Shown here in pieces: positions 10,261 to 19,521 of a stretch of 64,000 bases of DNA. The notes beneath the pieces are model-generated. The model had not been told where the DNA came from. It saw only the letters and a program-made list of their open reading frames with translations, and ran no database searches. Position numbers and translations under genes: made by a program. The DNA lies in assembly GCA_963707915.1 (NCBI GenBank), contig OY970178.1:3328001-3392000 (forward strand), written 5' to 3'. The DNA comes from Candidatus Eiseniibacteriota bacterium (GTDB lineage Bacteria; Eisenbacteria; RBG-16-71-46). The stretch's first letter is position 1, and each line of letters starts with the position of its first letter.

Positions 10261-11571
10261 ATGATCATCGAACCGGGTTCGGCAGTCTCGCGGCTGTCAA
10301 TCACCAGAATTCAGGTCAAGAGCCTTTTTGGCCTCTATGACTACGACCTCAGCTCTGAGCCGAGCTTCTTCGAGGACGCGTCGCGTCTGGTGATTCTGTA
10401 CGGTGACAACGGATCCGGCAAGACAACATTGCTCAAACTGATCTTCCACCTGCTTTCGGCAGCAGAGAACCGAGGCCACAGGTCGGCGCTAGCGAGAACT
10501 CCATTCAGACTGTTCAGTCTTACATTGGGCGGCGATCTGACGATAAGCGTGGAGAAGACCGAAGAAAGCCTGACTGGTTCATATGTACTGACGGTCCGTC
10601 GAGGCCCTGAGGCGGAGCTAGAGGTGCCTGTGGCCGTCGACCCTGAGGGAGTGGTTAGGCAGGGCACAGAGCTATACAGCAAGTACATCGAACGCCTCGG
10701 GATTGCACTACAGTACTTGTCGGATGACAGGAAGCCGATATCGGGCGACACAGAGGACCAAGACTCAGAATACATGGAGTACCGGCGCAGGTTGGTTCTC
10801 CACTCTCAGCCTGCGATCCGTGACGTCGGGGATGTGTTGACGGCCGCCATTAAGAAGCTTGAGTCGTGGTTCAGGGGCCAGGCGCTTCGTGGGTCGAGTC
10901 GGGGCGAGTTAGACTCGAATGCAATTTACGCGGAGGTTGCCCGGCGAATCGCTCGGGCAGACGACCCGAATCGCCCTGCCGACACGGACGCCATGACGTT
11001 GATTGAGCGATTGGAGAGCCTCGAAGTCAGGAGCGAGGCTTTCGCTGCGTTCGGGCTGCTAAGCAGACTCGACGCTGCTCCAATCATAGAGAGCTTGCGG
11101 GGGAGTGGGGCGCATAGTGGGCTCATCGCGAGAGTGGTTGGACCCTACCTAGACGGCGTCGAAGCACGCATGACAGCACTGCAAGAAGTTCAAGTGTTGG
11201 CGAACAGATTCGTGACGCATCTGTCACAGTACTTATCAGACAAGACGGTCTCATTCACCTTGCGTGATGGCCTGGTGATTCGGTCCACGACGGGGAGAGT
11301 GCTGGAGCCGGAACATCTGTCCTCCGGTGAACGACAATTGCTTCTGCTCTGCTGCGACACAATAGTTGTCCGAGACGAGCCGACACTTGTGATCATTGAT
11401 GAGCCAGAACTGTCGCTGAACATCAAGTGGCAACAGCAGTTGCTTGAGACGTTGCTTGACCTTACAAGAAGCGCTCCAGTGCAATTTGTAATTGCTACGC
11501 ATTCTGCAGAGGTCATGGGCGAGCATAGGGAGAGTGTGCGTCATCTCGTCGCCACGCACAAAGAGGTGTGA
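10261..11571 (+). CDS. ariA: ABC/AAA_21 ATPase, PARIS AriA-like
   Basis: Walker A GDNGSGKT, signature LSSGERQ, Walker B IIDEPELSL, H-loop ATHS. Followed by a TOPRIM/DUF4435-like gene. Confidence 0.75.
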   Translation: MIIEPGSAVSRLSITRIQVKSLFGLYDYDLSSEPSFFEDASRLVILYGDNGSGKTTLLKLIFHLLSAAENRGHRSALARTPFRLFSLTLGGDLTISVEKTEESLTGSYVLTVRRGPEAELEVPVAVDPEGVVRQGTELYSKYIERLGIALQYLSDDRKPISGDTEDQDSEYMEYRRRLVLHSQPAIRDVGDVLTAAIKKLESWFRGQALRGSSRGELDSNAIYAEVARRIARADDPNRPADTDAMTLIERLESLEVRSEAFAAFGLLSRLDAAPIIESLRGSGAHSGLIARVVGPYLDGVEARMTALQEVQVLANRFVTHLSQYLSDKTVSFTLRDGLVIRSTTGRVLEPEHLSSGERQLLLLCCDTIVVRDEPTLVIIDEPELSLNIKWQQQLLETLLDLTRSAPVQFVIATHSAEVMGEHRESVRHLVATHKEV

Positions 11572-11577
11572 TAGAAG

Positions 11578-12456
11578 ATGAATGGCGCTGCTCGGCAGAG
11601 CCTGGCCGGAATCGTAGCGAAGTACGAGCTGGAACCAACGCTACGCGAGGTCTACGTCGAGGGCTGTTGCGACAGGCGCGTGTTGCGATGGGTCTTGAAT
11701 GAAGTAGGACTGTCGCGCGTGCGCGTGTACGAGGTTGACCAAGTGGAGGTGCCGGCAGGGACGGTTCTGGCGCTGGGGTTGGCGGACAACATGCGTGGGC
11801 GGGTGATTGCGCTGGCGGGCGAGCTTGACCGACTGTCGGATGTTGACCTTCGTGGACGTGTTGTGTGCTGGGCGGACCGCGATCTCGATTCGATCTTGAA
11901 TGTTGAGCACTCGTGCGGCCTGGTGCTGTTGACGGATTATCCAGCGATGGAGTCGTACTGCCTTACTGAGCGAACGCTAGGGAAGGTGGTGGCGGTCACG
12001 TTTGCGATTGCTGGCCTCGGGGGAGCGGACGTTGCCGAGGGTATTGGGGACGTGATGAAGGAGATGTTCCTAATACGGGCGGCGAGCGCAAGTTTGAGCA
12101 CGGCGTGGCGGATAGTCAGTTGTGTGGGTCAATGCGGACTGGTCGGGACGCGCATCGCATTCCGCCGGGGAGAGTATGTCCGTGTGTTGCTCGACGCGAA
12201 TCAGGCGAGGCAGGACGAGGAGTTGCTTGAAGATGAAGTGGAGCGGCTGAGGGATAGATTGGGTGAGGACCGGAGGGAGTGGGCGCACGGGCATGACCTT
12301 GTGCGGCTGCTCAGATGGTATCTAAGGCACTGGAACGCTGAACTCGGGAGAGTCTCGGAGAGCGTCTTTGGTGGCGCTTTGTTGGGCGCTGTGGAACGCG
12401 CAGATCTCCTTGATGAGCAGGCGTTTCGGGAGCTGGTTAGACGGTTGACGCAGTAA
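11578..12456 (+). CDS. ariB: DUF4435/TOPRIM-like protein, PARIS AriB-like
   Basis: VYVEGxxD, DRDLD, YPAMESY and HGHDL motifs. Starts 6 bp after the ATPase. Confidence 0.72.
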   Translation: MNGAARQSLAGIVAKYELEPTLREVYVEGCCDRRVLRWVLNEVGLSRVRVYEVDQVEVPAGTVLALGLADNMRGRVIALAGELDRLSDVDLRGRVVCWADRDLDSILNVEHSCGLVLLTDYPAMESYCLTERTLGKVVAVTFAIAGLGGADVAEGIGDVMKEMFLIRAASASLSTAWRIVSCVGQCGLVGTRIAFRRGEYVRVLLDANQARQDEELLEDEVERLRDRLGEDRREWAHGHDLVRLLRWYLRHWNAELGRVSESVFGGALLGAVERADLLDEQAFRELVRRLTQ

Positions 12457-12926
12457 GGTGTGAGCTTGACAGGATCTAGGTCAAGTGATTGGATGTCGCT
12501 GCCGCAATCCGCGCAATCTCGTTTCACTAGGAATGAGCCGAGTCCAGGGCTCCACCAGACGCGCTGCGGCGCGTAGTCCCGCGTGGGCGGGCGGTGTGTC
12601 GTAAAGAGGGGCGGAGCGGCACGGAGGGCGCCAATGCGTGCCCTGGGAGGCGGTAGGGGGAGGGTGGCGGGCCGATAGGCGGGGTGATTCCCCGCCGGTT
12701 CATCCACTAGCGCAGATCGAAGGGCAGGACTCTGCCTCGTTGGCCAGTTGCCAGCGGGGCTATCGGCGTTGGTGTCGGCGGGCTGCCCGCTGGCCGCTGG
12801 GGCCGGGGTGCCCTTCCGGGCGACGGGGTCGGTCGCCCCCTTGGTCTGTTGGTGTCTGGCTGTGCGGTTGGAGCCGGATGGCTGGGCTCTCAGCTGGATG
12901 GTCGGGCGCACGCGCAGACGGCCATC

Positions 12927-13091
12927 ATGGGGCTGATGTTCCTCCTCGTCGTCATTGGGGGCATGGGACTGCTGGCAGCCGCGTACTTGGCAGTGCGAGG
13001 TGCCTTCCGAAACTCGTCGTATGACCCCGAAGCGGTCCGACTCGCGGACGAGGAGAAGCTAGCGGTCCGCGAGGGTTCTGACGGCGGCTAG
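12927..13091 (+). CDS. Small membrane protein, hypothetical
   Basis: Hydrophobic N-terminal helix followed by a charged tail. Weak support. Confidence 0.3.
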   Translation: MGLMFLLVVIGGMGLLAAAYLAVRGAFRNSSYDPEAVRLADEEKLAVREGSDGG

Positions 13092-13209
13092 GGTGGCGAG
13101 GCTGAGAGGTAGGCGCAGGGGAGGACAGTAGCCAAGACCGTAGCCAAAACCGTAGCCACTCGGCTGCGGGCACTTGCACGGCGGCCCGTAAGTCGTGTAG
13201 AAACAGAGG

Positions 13210-13249
13210 CGGAGAGGTGCTGGAGCGGTTGAACAGGACGGTCTCGAAA
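13210..13249 (+). repeat. att core copy 2: 5' half of tRNA-Ser(CGA), 40 bp
   Basis: Exact match to 9934-9973 and 58449-58488. Confidence 0.95.
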
Positions 13250-13453
13250 GCCGCTCGGAGATCAATCGCCTCCCAACCTGGGAAGTCCGCCAGCAGCACC
13301 TATTTGCTTGTGGCCTCAGCGAGTTACGCGCGCTGGGGCCGGTTTGTTTTCATGGCCTGGAGTGGTCACGAAGGGCCACGAGAGGACTTTCACGGGGTCA
13401 CAAAGGGGTCACCTTGCGGCCAGGCTTGGGGGGCGGTCATCGACTCCGGTTGT

Positions 13454-13490
13454 CTGTCATTTGCTGTCATTTGGTGTCGTGTGGTATCAT
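13454..13490 (+). promoter_or_regulatory. Tandem 10-bp direct repeat (CTGTCATTTG x2) plus -10-like TATCAT upstream of the HTH-helicase
   Basis: Repeats at 13454-13463 and 13464-13473. TATCAT at 13485-13490, 6 bp before the ATG. Confidence 0.45.
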
Positions 13491-13496
13491 GGTCCC

Positions 13497-15515
13497 ATGA
13501 GCCACGATTGGATCACAACTGAAGAGGCCGCCAAGTACCTCGGCATCGGCAAGACGACCCTGTACAGCCTCACCCGGGCCGGAAAGATTCCTGCAACGCG
13601 CCTGGGCAAGAAGTGGGTGTACGACAAGCAGGCTCTCGCCCAGTGGATTAGGAAGGGCAGGAAACTGGAGCGCTTCTTCGTCGAGACCGTGGCGGAGATC
13701 GAGAACAACTCCAGCCTCCGCGAGCCCCAACGGGATGCCTACCTCCTCGCACTTGAGTTCTTCCAGGGCGGCGGCAAGAAGGCGATCATCCAGCTCCCGG
13801 TCGGGTGCGGAAAGTCCGGCCTGGCCGCGATCCTACCGTTCGGTATCGCCAATGGGCGCGTGCTCATCATCGCCCCGAACCTGACGATCAAGGACGAACT
13901 CTTCAAGTCGCTGGACATCACGAATCGGCAGAAGTGCTTCTGGCGGCGGATGCGAGTCCTTGAGGACGCGGACATGACGAGCGGTCCATACGTCGCCACT
14001 CTTGAGAGCGGCAACCTGTCAGTCTGTGCCAAGTCGCACATCGTGCTGACGAACATCCAGCAACTGGCGGCGAACGTCGACAAGTGGCTGAACAAGTTCC
14101 CCGAAGCCTTCTTCGACCTGATCATTGTCGACGAGGCTCACCACGGTGCGGCATCCAGCTGGAAGCGGGTGTTCGAGAAGTTCCCGCAGGCCAAGGTAGT
14201 CAACCTGACGGCCACGCCGTTCCGCAGCGACCGCCAGGAACTCGATGGCGACCTGATCTACCGCTACCCCTTCAAGAGCGCCAGCATCAAGGGCTTCATC
14301 AAGAAGCTCAAGGCCAGCTATGTCGCGCCAACCGAACTCACCTTCACGATCGAGGGCGAGACGCGGACGTTTGGGCTGAAGGAAGTCTTGGCGATGAAGG
14401 ATGAGGAGTGGTTCAGCCGAGGCGTGGCACTTTCAGAGCCCTGCAACGTCAGCATCGTCGACAACAGCTTGGAGAAGTTGGAGCTCTTGCGGCAGTCGGG
14501 CACGAAGCATCAGATCATCGCGGTGGCTTGCTCGATCAACCACGCGCAGCGCATTCGCTCGCTGTACCAGGAGCGTGGATATGACGCCGCCATCATCCAC
14601 AGCAAGCTGGATGAGGCGGAGCAGGAAGAAGTCCTTCGTGACCTGTACAACGGTACCCTCGATTGCATCATCCAGGTGCAGATGCTCGGGGAAGGGTTCG
14701 ATCACCCGAAGCTTAGCGTGGCCGCGATCTTCCGGCCGTTCCGGACCCTTGCGCCATACATCCAGTTCGTGGGCCGCATCCTTCGCGTTGTCGTCCAGAA
14801 CGACCCGACTCACCCGGACAACTACGGACACATCGTCACGCATGTCGGGCTCAATCTCGACGAGCTACTGCAGCAGTTCAAGCAGTTCGAGAACGACGAT
14901 CAGAAGTTCTGGGAGATGGTCACGGGCGGGAAGGAGCCCGAGCCGCCGCACGAGGTCATCGACGGCGAGGCTCGGATGAAGCTCCAAGAGGACATGGTCG
15001 TCAGCCGAGAGATCGTCGACCGGCTCTTCGAGGAGGACTTCTCCACGGCCGAGGATACCGACATCGTCCAGGAGCTCGAGAAGAAGCTCGAAAGCCTCGG
15101 CCTGGACTCCACGCTCGCACGGCAGATGCTCGAGCAGAGCCGGTCTCAGCCGAAGGGGCGACGAACCGCGGCCGCGGCCGCGCCTTTCAGCGTGATTCCC
15201 GCAAAGAAGTGGCAGGAGCTGCGCAAGCGTCTAGACGAAGAAGCCAAGCGCACAGCGAAGCTCGTGCTGAACCGAACCGGACTCAAGCCTGAGGGCGTCG
15301 ACCTGCCGTTCAAGTTGAAGCCCGGGATCGGTGGCAAGAACAACTTCATCGCGGCATTCCAGATGGTCAACGAAGGGATCAGCAAGCGAGTCGCCGCCGG
15401 CCGAAAGCGGCCGGAGTGGACAATCGAGGAGTTCGAATCAGCGATGAAACTGCTCCCAGAGGTGCTCGACGGGCTCGTTCGAGAAGTGAAGAAACTCCAA
15501 CATGCCAAAGGGTAA
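13497..15515 (+). CDS. Excisionase-like HTH_17 fused to SF2 DEAD/DEAH (ResIII-like) helicase
   Basis: N-terminal TEEAAKYLGIGKTTLY...IPATRLGKKW. Helicase motifs LPVGCGKS, DEAHH, TATP, MLGEGFD and QFVGRILR. Confidence 0.85.
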   Translation: MSHDWITTEEAAKYLGIGKTTLYSLTRAGKIPATRLGKKWVYDKQALAQWIRKGRKLERFFVETVAEIENNSSLREPQRDAYLLALEFFQGGGKKAIIQLPVGCGKSGLAAILPFGIANGRVLIIAPNLTIKDELFKSLDITNRQKCFWRRMRVLEDADMTSGPYVATLESGNLSVCAKSHIVLTNIQQLAANVDKWLNKFPEAFFDLIIVDEAHHGAASSWKRVFEKFPQAKVVNLTATPFRSDRQELDGDLIYRYPFKSASIKGFIKKLKASYVAPTELTFTIEGETRTFGLKEVLAMKDEEWFSRGVALSEPCNVSIVDNSLEKLELLRQSGTKHQIIAVACSINHAQRIRSLYQERGYDAAIIHSKLDEAEQEEVLRDLYNGTLDCIIQVQMLGEGFDHPKLSVAAIFRPFRTLAPYIQFVGRILRVVVQNDPTHPDNYGHIVTHVGLNLDELLQQFKQFENDDQKFWEMVTGGKEPEPPHEVIDGEARMKLQEDMVVSREIVDRLFEEDFSTAEDTDIVQELEKKLESLGLDSTLARQMLEQSRSQPKGRRTAAAAAPFSVIPAKKWQELRKRLDEEAKRTAKLVLNRTGLKPEGVDLPFKLKPGIGGKNNFIAAFQMVNEGISKRVAAGRKRPEWTIEEFESAMKLLPEVLDGLVREVKKLQHAKG

Positions 15516-15741
15516 GACGCCATCTCTCATCGGGTCATCACTGGGGCGGCCTCGGGCAGCCATGGCGGGGAAGCTCTGTCACTGCAGTCGGTGCAGTGCG
15601 GACATCACGATGGGAGCAAAGTGCTATGACGTCCCGCAACCCTCGAAGTCTTTTCCGAGGCCGCGACGCTTCTGCGCGACGTGCTTCGAGGCGGTCTTGG
15701 TGCAAACTCGGCAGGACCTGGCTGAGCTCAAAGATCTTTGA
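15502..15741 (+). CDS. Small Cys-rich (CxxC...CxxC) putative zinc-finger protein
   Basis: CSRC and CATC pairs. Overlaps the helicase stop, consistent with translational coupling. Confidence 0.7.
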   Translation: MPKGKTPSLIGSSLGRPRAAMAGKLCHCSRCSADITMGAKCYDVPQPSKSFPRPRRFCATCFEAVLVQTRQDLAELKDL

Positions 15742-15756
15742 TGGCCGGAGATTTCG

Positions 15757-17004
15757 ATGGGGCCAATCCTCGTTTTCGACAAGTCGTTCTTGCAGAGCAT
15801 CAATCCTGATGAAGCGGTGTGGCTTGACCACTTCTTCCTGACCAACATCACACCACTGTTCTTCATCGAGACCCTCGCGGATCTTGAGAAGGAGGTGCGC
15901 AAGGGACGTACTCCCGAGCAAGTGGTTGGGAATCTCGCCTACAAGACCCCCGACTTGAACTCGAAACCAAGCGTTCACCACACGCGGTTGTTGAGCGGCG
16001 AACTCAGCGGGCGGGCGCCTGTACCCATGGGCGAGGGACAGATCATCGTGCCGGGTGGGAAGCAGACCGTGCTCGATGGGAAGAGCGGCGTGTTCTTCGA
16101 GCAGTCGCCCGAGGAAGAGGCGCTGAGCCGCTGGCAGAAGGGGCAGTTTCTTGATCTCGAGCGCCAGCAAGCCAAGCAATGGCGCCGCGGCCTCTCGCTT
16201 CTTACTCCCGAGAAACAGCGCGAACTCTTCTCGCCGTGGTTTCAAACAGGGACACCGAATACGCTGGCAGACGTGAAGCTTGCGGCAGACGGGTTCATTG
16301 ACCAATCGGACCAGGAGCGATCCCTCTCGTTTGGCTTGGCACTTGTTGGGGTGAACCCTGCGGGACAAGCCGAAATCCTCGGACGCTGGCGCGCCTCCGG
16401 ACGACCGTCAATCGCTGTCTTCGCCCCGTACTTCCGGCATGTGTACGGCGTGGAGCTGTTCTTCTACCTTGGGCTCGCCGCGCGGCTGATCTCCGAGCGT
16501 CGGACAAATCACGTTGACCTTGCCTACCTCTTCTACCTGCCGTTCTGCATGGTCTTCACGTCCTCCGACGACCTGCACGCTGCGACGGTGCCCCTCTTCC
16601 TGCGCGACAACCAGACATTCGTCCCGGGTGCCGAGTTGAAGGCCGACCTCGGAGCACTGGATCGTCACTACAGTGCCTTCCCGGACGAAGCGAAGGCTCG
16701 CGGGTTGTACGAGCTCGCAGCCTGGCCGCCGGTGGATGATGCGTTTCTCGTGTCGAGACTGTGGGACGCCCACATGCGACCCGACTGGAGGGAGATCGCC
16801 GTCAAACCAGAGCCAGCGCCGGATAAGACGCGGGATGCGAAGCTCGTCGAGAGGCTCCGCGACCAATGGGAGGCGGGACGAGCGGCCCCAGAAGCCTCCT
16901 CGGGCAACTCGGGCGATGTCGACTACATGGTGGTCACGCGCAGAGTGGATATGAAGAAGGGAAAGTGGAATCGTTTTCCGCCAGAGGTGAAGCCCGACCC
17001 CTGA
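15757..17004 (+). CDS. Hypothetical protein, possible PIN-like nuclease fold
   Basis: N-terminal LVFDKSFL...IETLADLEK and C-terminal VDLAYLFYLPFCMVFTSSD resemble the PIN acidic-residue spacing. Confidence 0.6.
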   Translation: MGPILVFDKSFLQSINPDEAVWLDHFFLTNITPLFFIETLADLEKEVRKGRTPEQVVGNLAYKTPDLNSKPSVHHTRLLSGELSGRAPVPMGEGQIIVPGGKQTVLDGKSGVFFEQSPEEEALSRWQKGQFLDLERQQAKQWRRGLSLLTPEKQRELFSPWFQTGTPNTLADVKLAADGFIDQSDQERSLSFGLALVGVNPAGQAEILGRWRASGRPSIAVFAPYFRHVYGVELFFYLGLAARLISERRTNHVDLAYLFYLPFCMVFTSSDDLHAATVPLFLRDNQTFVPGAELKADLGALDRHYSAFPDEAKARGLYELAAWPPVDDAFLVSRLWDAHMRPDWREIAVKPEPAPDKTRDAKLVERLRDQWEAGRAAPEASSGNSGDVDYMVVTRRVDMKKGKWNRFPPEVKPDP

Positions 17005-17118
17005 TGCCCGCCGTCGACAACCTTCTGAGAGTGCCACGCTCTCTAGATGATGCCGTGACCTGTTGGTTTGCGCAGCGTAGGCTTCGTCCGGGTGTCTTGA
17101 CCTCAGCCCCTCATCGAG

Positions 17119-18096
17119 GTGGATCCAATGATCTCTGCACTAGATGCAGTGTATCCCGAAGACGGCCTCTGCCGCATCCTCGCGTTGGACGGTGGTGGGG
17201 CGAAGGGCTTCTATACCCTCGGGGTGCTCAAGGAAGTGGAGGGGTTGCTCGGGTGTCATCTCCACAAACGCTTTGATCTCGTCTTCGGGACGAGCACCGG
17301 TGCCATCATCGCCTCCCTGATCGCGCTTGGACACAGCATTGACGAGATCCACGCGTTGTACAAAGCCCACGTTCCTCGCGTCATGGCCGAGCGCTCCCCC
17401 CGGGGTAGGGCAGCGGCCCTCGAGCGCTTGACCAAGGAGGTCTTTGGAACGAAGTCGTTCGAAGACGTCAGGACGGGTGTCGGGGTCATCGCGACGAAGT
17501 GGTCGATCGAAAGACCGATGATCTTCAAGGGAAGCGTTGCGCAAGCCCACGGCCGTAGAGGGACATTCACGCCAGGGTTTGGGGTGACGATCGCCGACGC
17601 GGTCAAAGCTTCCTGCTCTGCCTATCCGTTCTTCGATCGCACCACCTTGGTGACGTCTTCGGGGGATAGGGTCGAACTCATCGACGGAGGATATTGCGCG
17701 AACAACCCGACGCTCTACGCGATCGCGGATGCGGTTGCCGCGCTGGGGAGAGACACCAAGGACCTGCGGGTTGTGAGCGTGGGGGTGGGAAGTTACCCCG
17801 AGCCAAAGCCGGGATTGAAGATGTGGCTGGCGAAGAAATACCTTGTTAGCGTCCAGCTGCTGCAGAAGACACTCGAGATCAACACGCAATCAATGGATCA
17901 GCTCCGAGCGATTCTGTTCCGCGAGGTCCCCACTATTCGGATCAGTGACGCATTCGAGCACCCGGAGTTGGCCACGGACCTCTTGGAGCATGACCTCGCA
18001 AAGCTCAACCTCTTGCACCAACGTGGGAGGGAGTCATTTGCGTCGAGAGAAGACCAGCTGAAGGCCTTTCTCCTACCTAGCGGGACGACAGCATGA
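17119..18096 (+). CDS. capE: CBASS patatin-like phospholipase effector (CapE/CapV type)
   Basis: DGGGAKG, GTSTG and DGG motifs. Overlaps the CD-NTase start (ATGA). Confidence 0.88.
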   Translation: MDPMISALDAVYPEDGLCRILALDGGGAKGFYTLGVLKEVEGLLGCHLHKRFDLVFGTSTGAIIASLIALGHSIDEIHALYKAHVPRVMAERSPRGRAAALERLTKEVFGTKSFEDVRTGVGVIATKWSIERPMIFKGSVAQAHGRRGTFTPGFGVTIADAVKASCSAYPFFDRTTLVTSSGDRVELIDGGYCANNPTLYAIADAVAALGRDTKDLRVVSVGVGSYPEPKPGLKMWLAKKYLVSVQLLQKTLEINTQSMDQLRAILFREVPTIRISDAFEHPELATDLLEHDLAKLNLLHQRGRESFASREDQLKAFLLPSGTTA

Positions 18097-18986
18097 CAAT
18101 CCCAGAAGCGCAGTTTGAAACCTGGGCGCATCAAGGCTCAATCGCACAGTCACGCGACACCTATGCCTCAGTGGGTCGTGTATTGCGCGCGTCGGACACC
18201 CCGTACTCCGGGAAGGCGTACCGTGTGTTCCTGCAGGGATCTTATGGCAACGACACCAACATCTATGCGGAGAGCGACGTCGACGTCGTGATCTGCCTGG
18301 ACGAGTGCTGGGGCAGCGATCTCTCGGAGTTGTCAGGGCCGGAAAAGGCCGCGTACGAGAGCTCTCACGTGACGGCGACGTATTCTCATGTGGACTTCAA
18401 GCGCGATGTGCTGGATGTCCTCAGGGCGCAGTACGATGACGACGTTGAGGCTGGGGACAAGGCCATTGCGATTGCCGCTAACGGCAACCGCAGAAGATCG
18501 GACGTCATTGTCTCTACGGAGTTCAGGCGCTACAGGCGTTACGTGAACGCCACCGACCAGGACTACGTGACCGGAATCTGCTTCTTCAACAAGTCCGGAG
18601 CGCGCATCGAGAACTACCCCCGGCAGCATTCAGAGAACCTGACACGTAAGCATCAAAGCGCGGGAAATGGGCTGAAGCCAATGATTCGGGCCCTTAAGAA
18701 CCTCAGGGGGAGGCTGGTCGACGACGGCGTGATTGAGTCAGATCGTGCGCCGTCCTACTACCTCGAGGGACTGCTGTACAACGTGCCAGACGAACTGTTT
18801 GTCACAAGCCTCCAGCAGACGTTCGTAAACAGCGTCAACTGGCTACAGTCTGAGGCGGACAAGGCGAAGCTCTTGTGCGCGCATGAGTTGTACTATCTCC
18901 TCTGGGATGACTCTCCGACATCGTGGCCAAGAACTCATTGCGACGAGTTTCTTTCGGCCGCGACTGACCTGTGGAACGAGTGGTGA
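18093..18986 (+). CDS. cdnE: cGAS/DncV-like nucleotidyltransferase, CdnE-like
   Basis: IPEAQFETWAHQG, QGSYGNDTNIYAESDVD, NYPRQH and PSYYLEGLLYNVP motifs. Confidence 0.9.
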   Translation: MTIPEAQFETWAHQGSIAQSRDTYASVGRVLRASDTPYSGKAYRVFLQGSYGNDTNIYAESDVDVVICLDECWGSDLSELSGPEKAAYESSHVTATYSHVDFKRDVLDVLRAQYDDDVEAGDKAIAIAANGNRRRSDVIVSTEFRRYRRYVNATDQDYVTGICFFNKSGARIENYPRQHSENLTRKHQSAGNGLKPMIRALKNLRGRLVDDGVIESDRAPSYYLEGLLYNVPDELFVTSLQQTFVNSVNWLQSEADKAKLLCAHELYYLLWDDSPTSWPRTHCDEFLSAATDLWNEW

Positions 18987-19108
18987 GCAAGTACTCGGGC
19001 CGGTAGTCTCGGACTTCCGTCATTGTCCGTTTCGATCTTCAAGTCCGGCAGGTAGAAGTCCGTGGTCTCGAAGAGCCAAGTTCGAAGACGGACGCAAGTG
19101 GTCCGCCA
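18935..19108 (-). repeat. Divergent copy D of the serine recombinase C-terminal tail / att-like site
   Basis: Minus strand reads WRTTCVRLRTWLFETTDFYLPDL, with the same W-x7-RTWL-x6-LPxL spacing as the recombinase tail. GAGCCAAGTTCGAA is shared with the 23.67 kb copy. Confidence 0.6.
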
Positions 19109-19483
19109 CTCACAGGAGAGTTTGGGCCAAGCGAATACATGTCGCCCCCGTGGGTTACGACCCGCGGGGGCGATCTTGTGTCTTGGCAGATCTGGGCGCC
19201 TTGGGGAGCGTTCGGGCAGCCGAAGGAACCGCAGAATGGGACAAGAACGGTGACAAGAATCAGAGATCACTTGCGCCGCGATCGACGGCCGTGCGCTAGG
19301 CCGGGTGCCCGGCGTTCGTCGAGGACTCGGGGCATGGGATTCCGGCGGGTGGCGTCTTCTGGTGGTCACGGATGGACACGAGAGAACAGCGAAGGACCCG
19401 TTAGGCCGCCAAAGTAGCAACCATTTGGTAGCCAGAATCCGGCTACCAGAGCAGCGGTCTAGGCGACCGCGTGGCCGCAACCC

Positions 19484-19511
19484 TTGACGAGCCCGCTGGG
19501 GGGTGTATGCT
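19484..19511 (+). promoter_or_regulatory. Sigma70-like promoter for the lexA-led operon
   Basis: TTGACG-N16-TATGCT immediately before ATG 19522. Confidence 0.5.
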
Positions 19512-19521
19512 GCTGTATGCG

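Larger units (their letters stand above)
9934..13249. mobile_element. Integrase-less mini genomic island carrying a PARIS-like system
   Basis: Bounded by two 40-bp tRNA-Ser 5'-half repeats. GTAGCCA arm-type repeats near both ends (10131/10142 and 13128/13140/13152). Visibly lower GC than the host. Confidence 0.8.

Noticed and set aside
12540..12560. GGGCTCCACCA resembling a tRNA/tmRNA 3' end
   Set aside because: Too short, with no T-loop at the right distance and no matching partner in the window.
9935..13249. tRNA-Ser copies at 9935 and 13211 as functional tRNAs
   Set aside because: They stop at the anticodon loop and have no variable arm, T arm or acceptor 3' strand.
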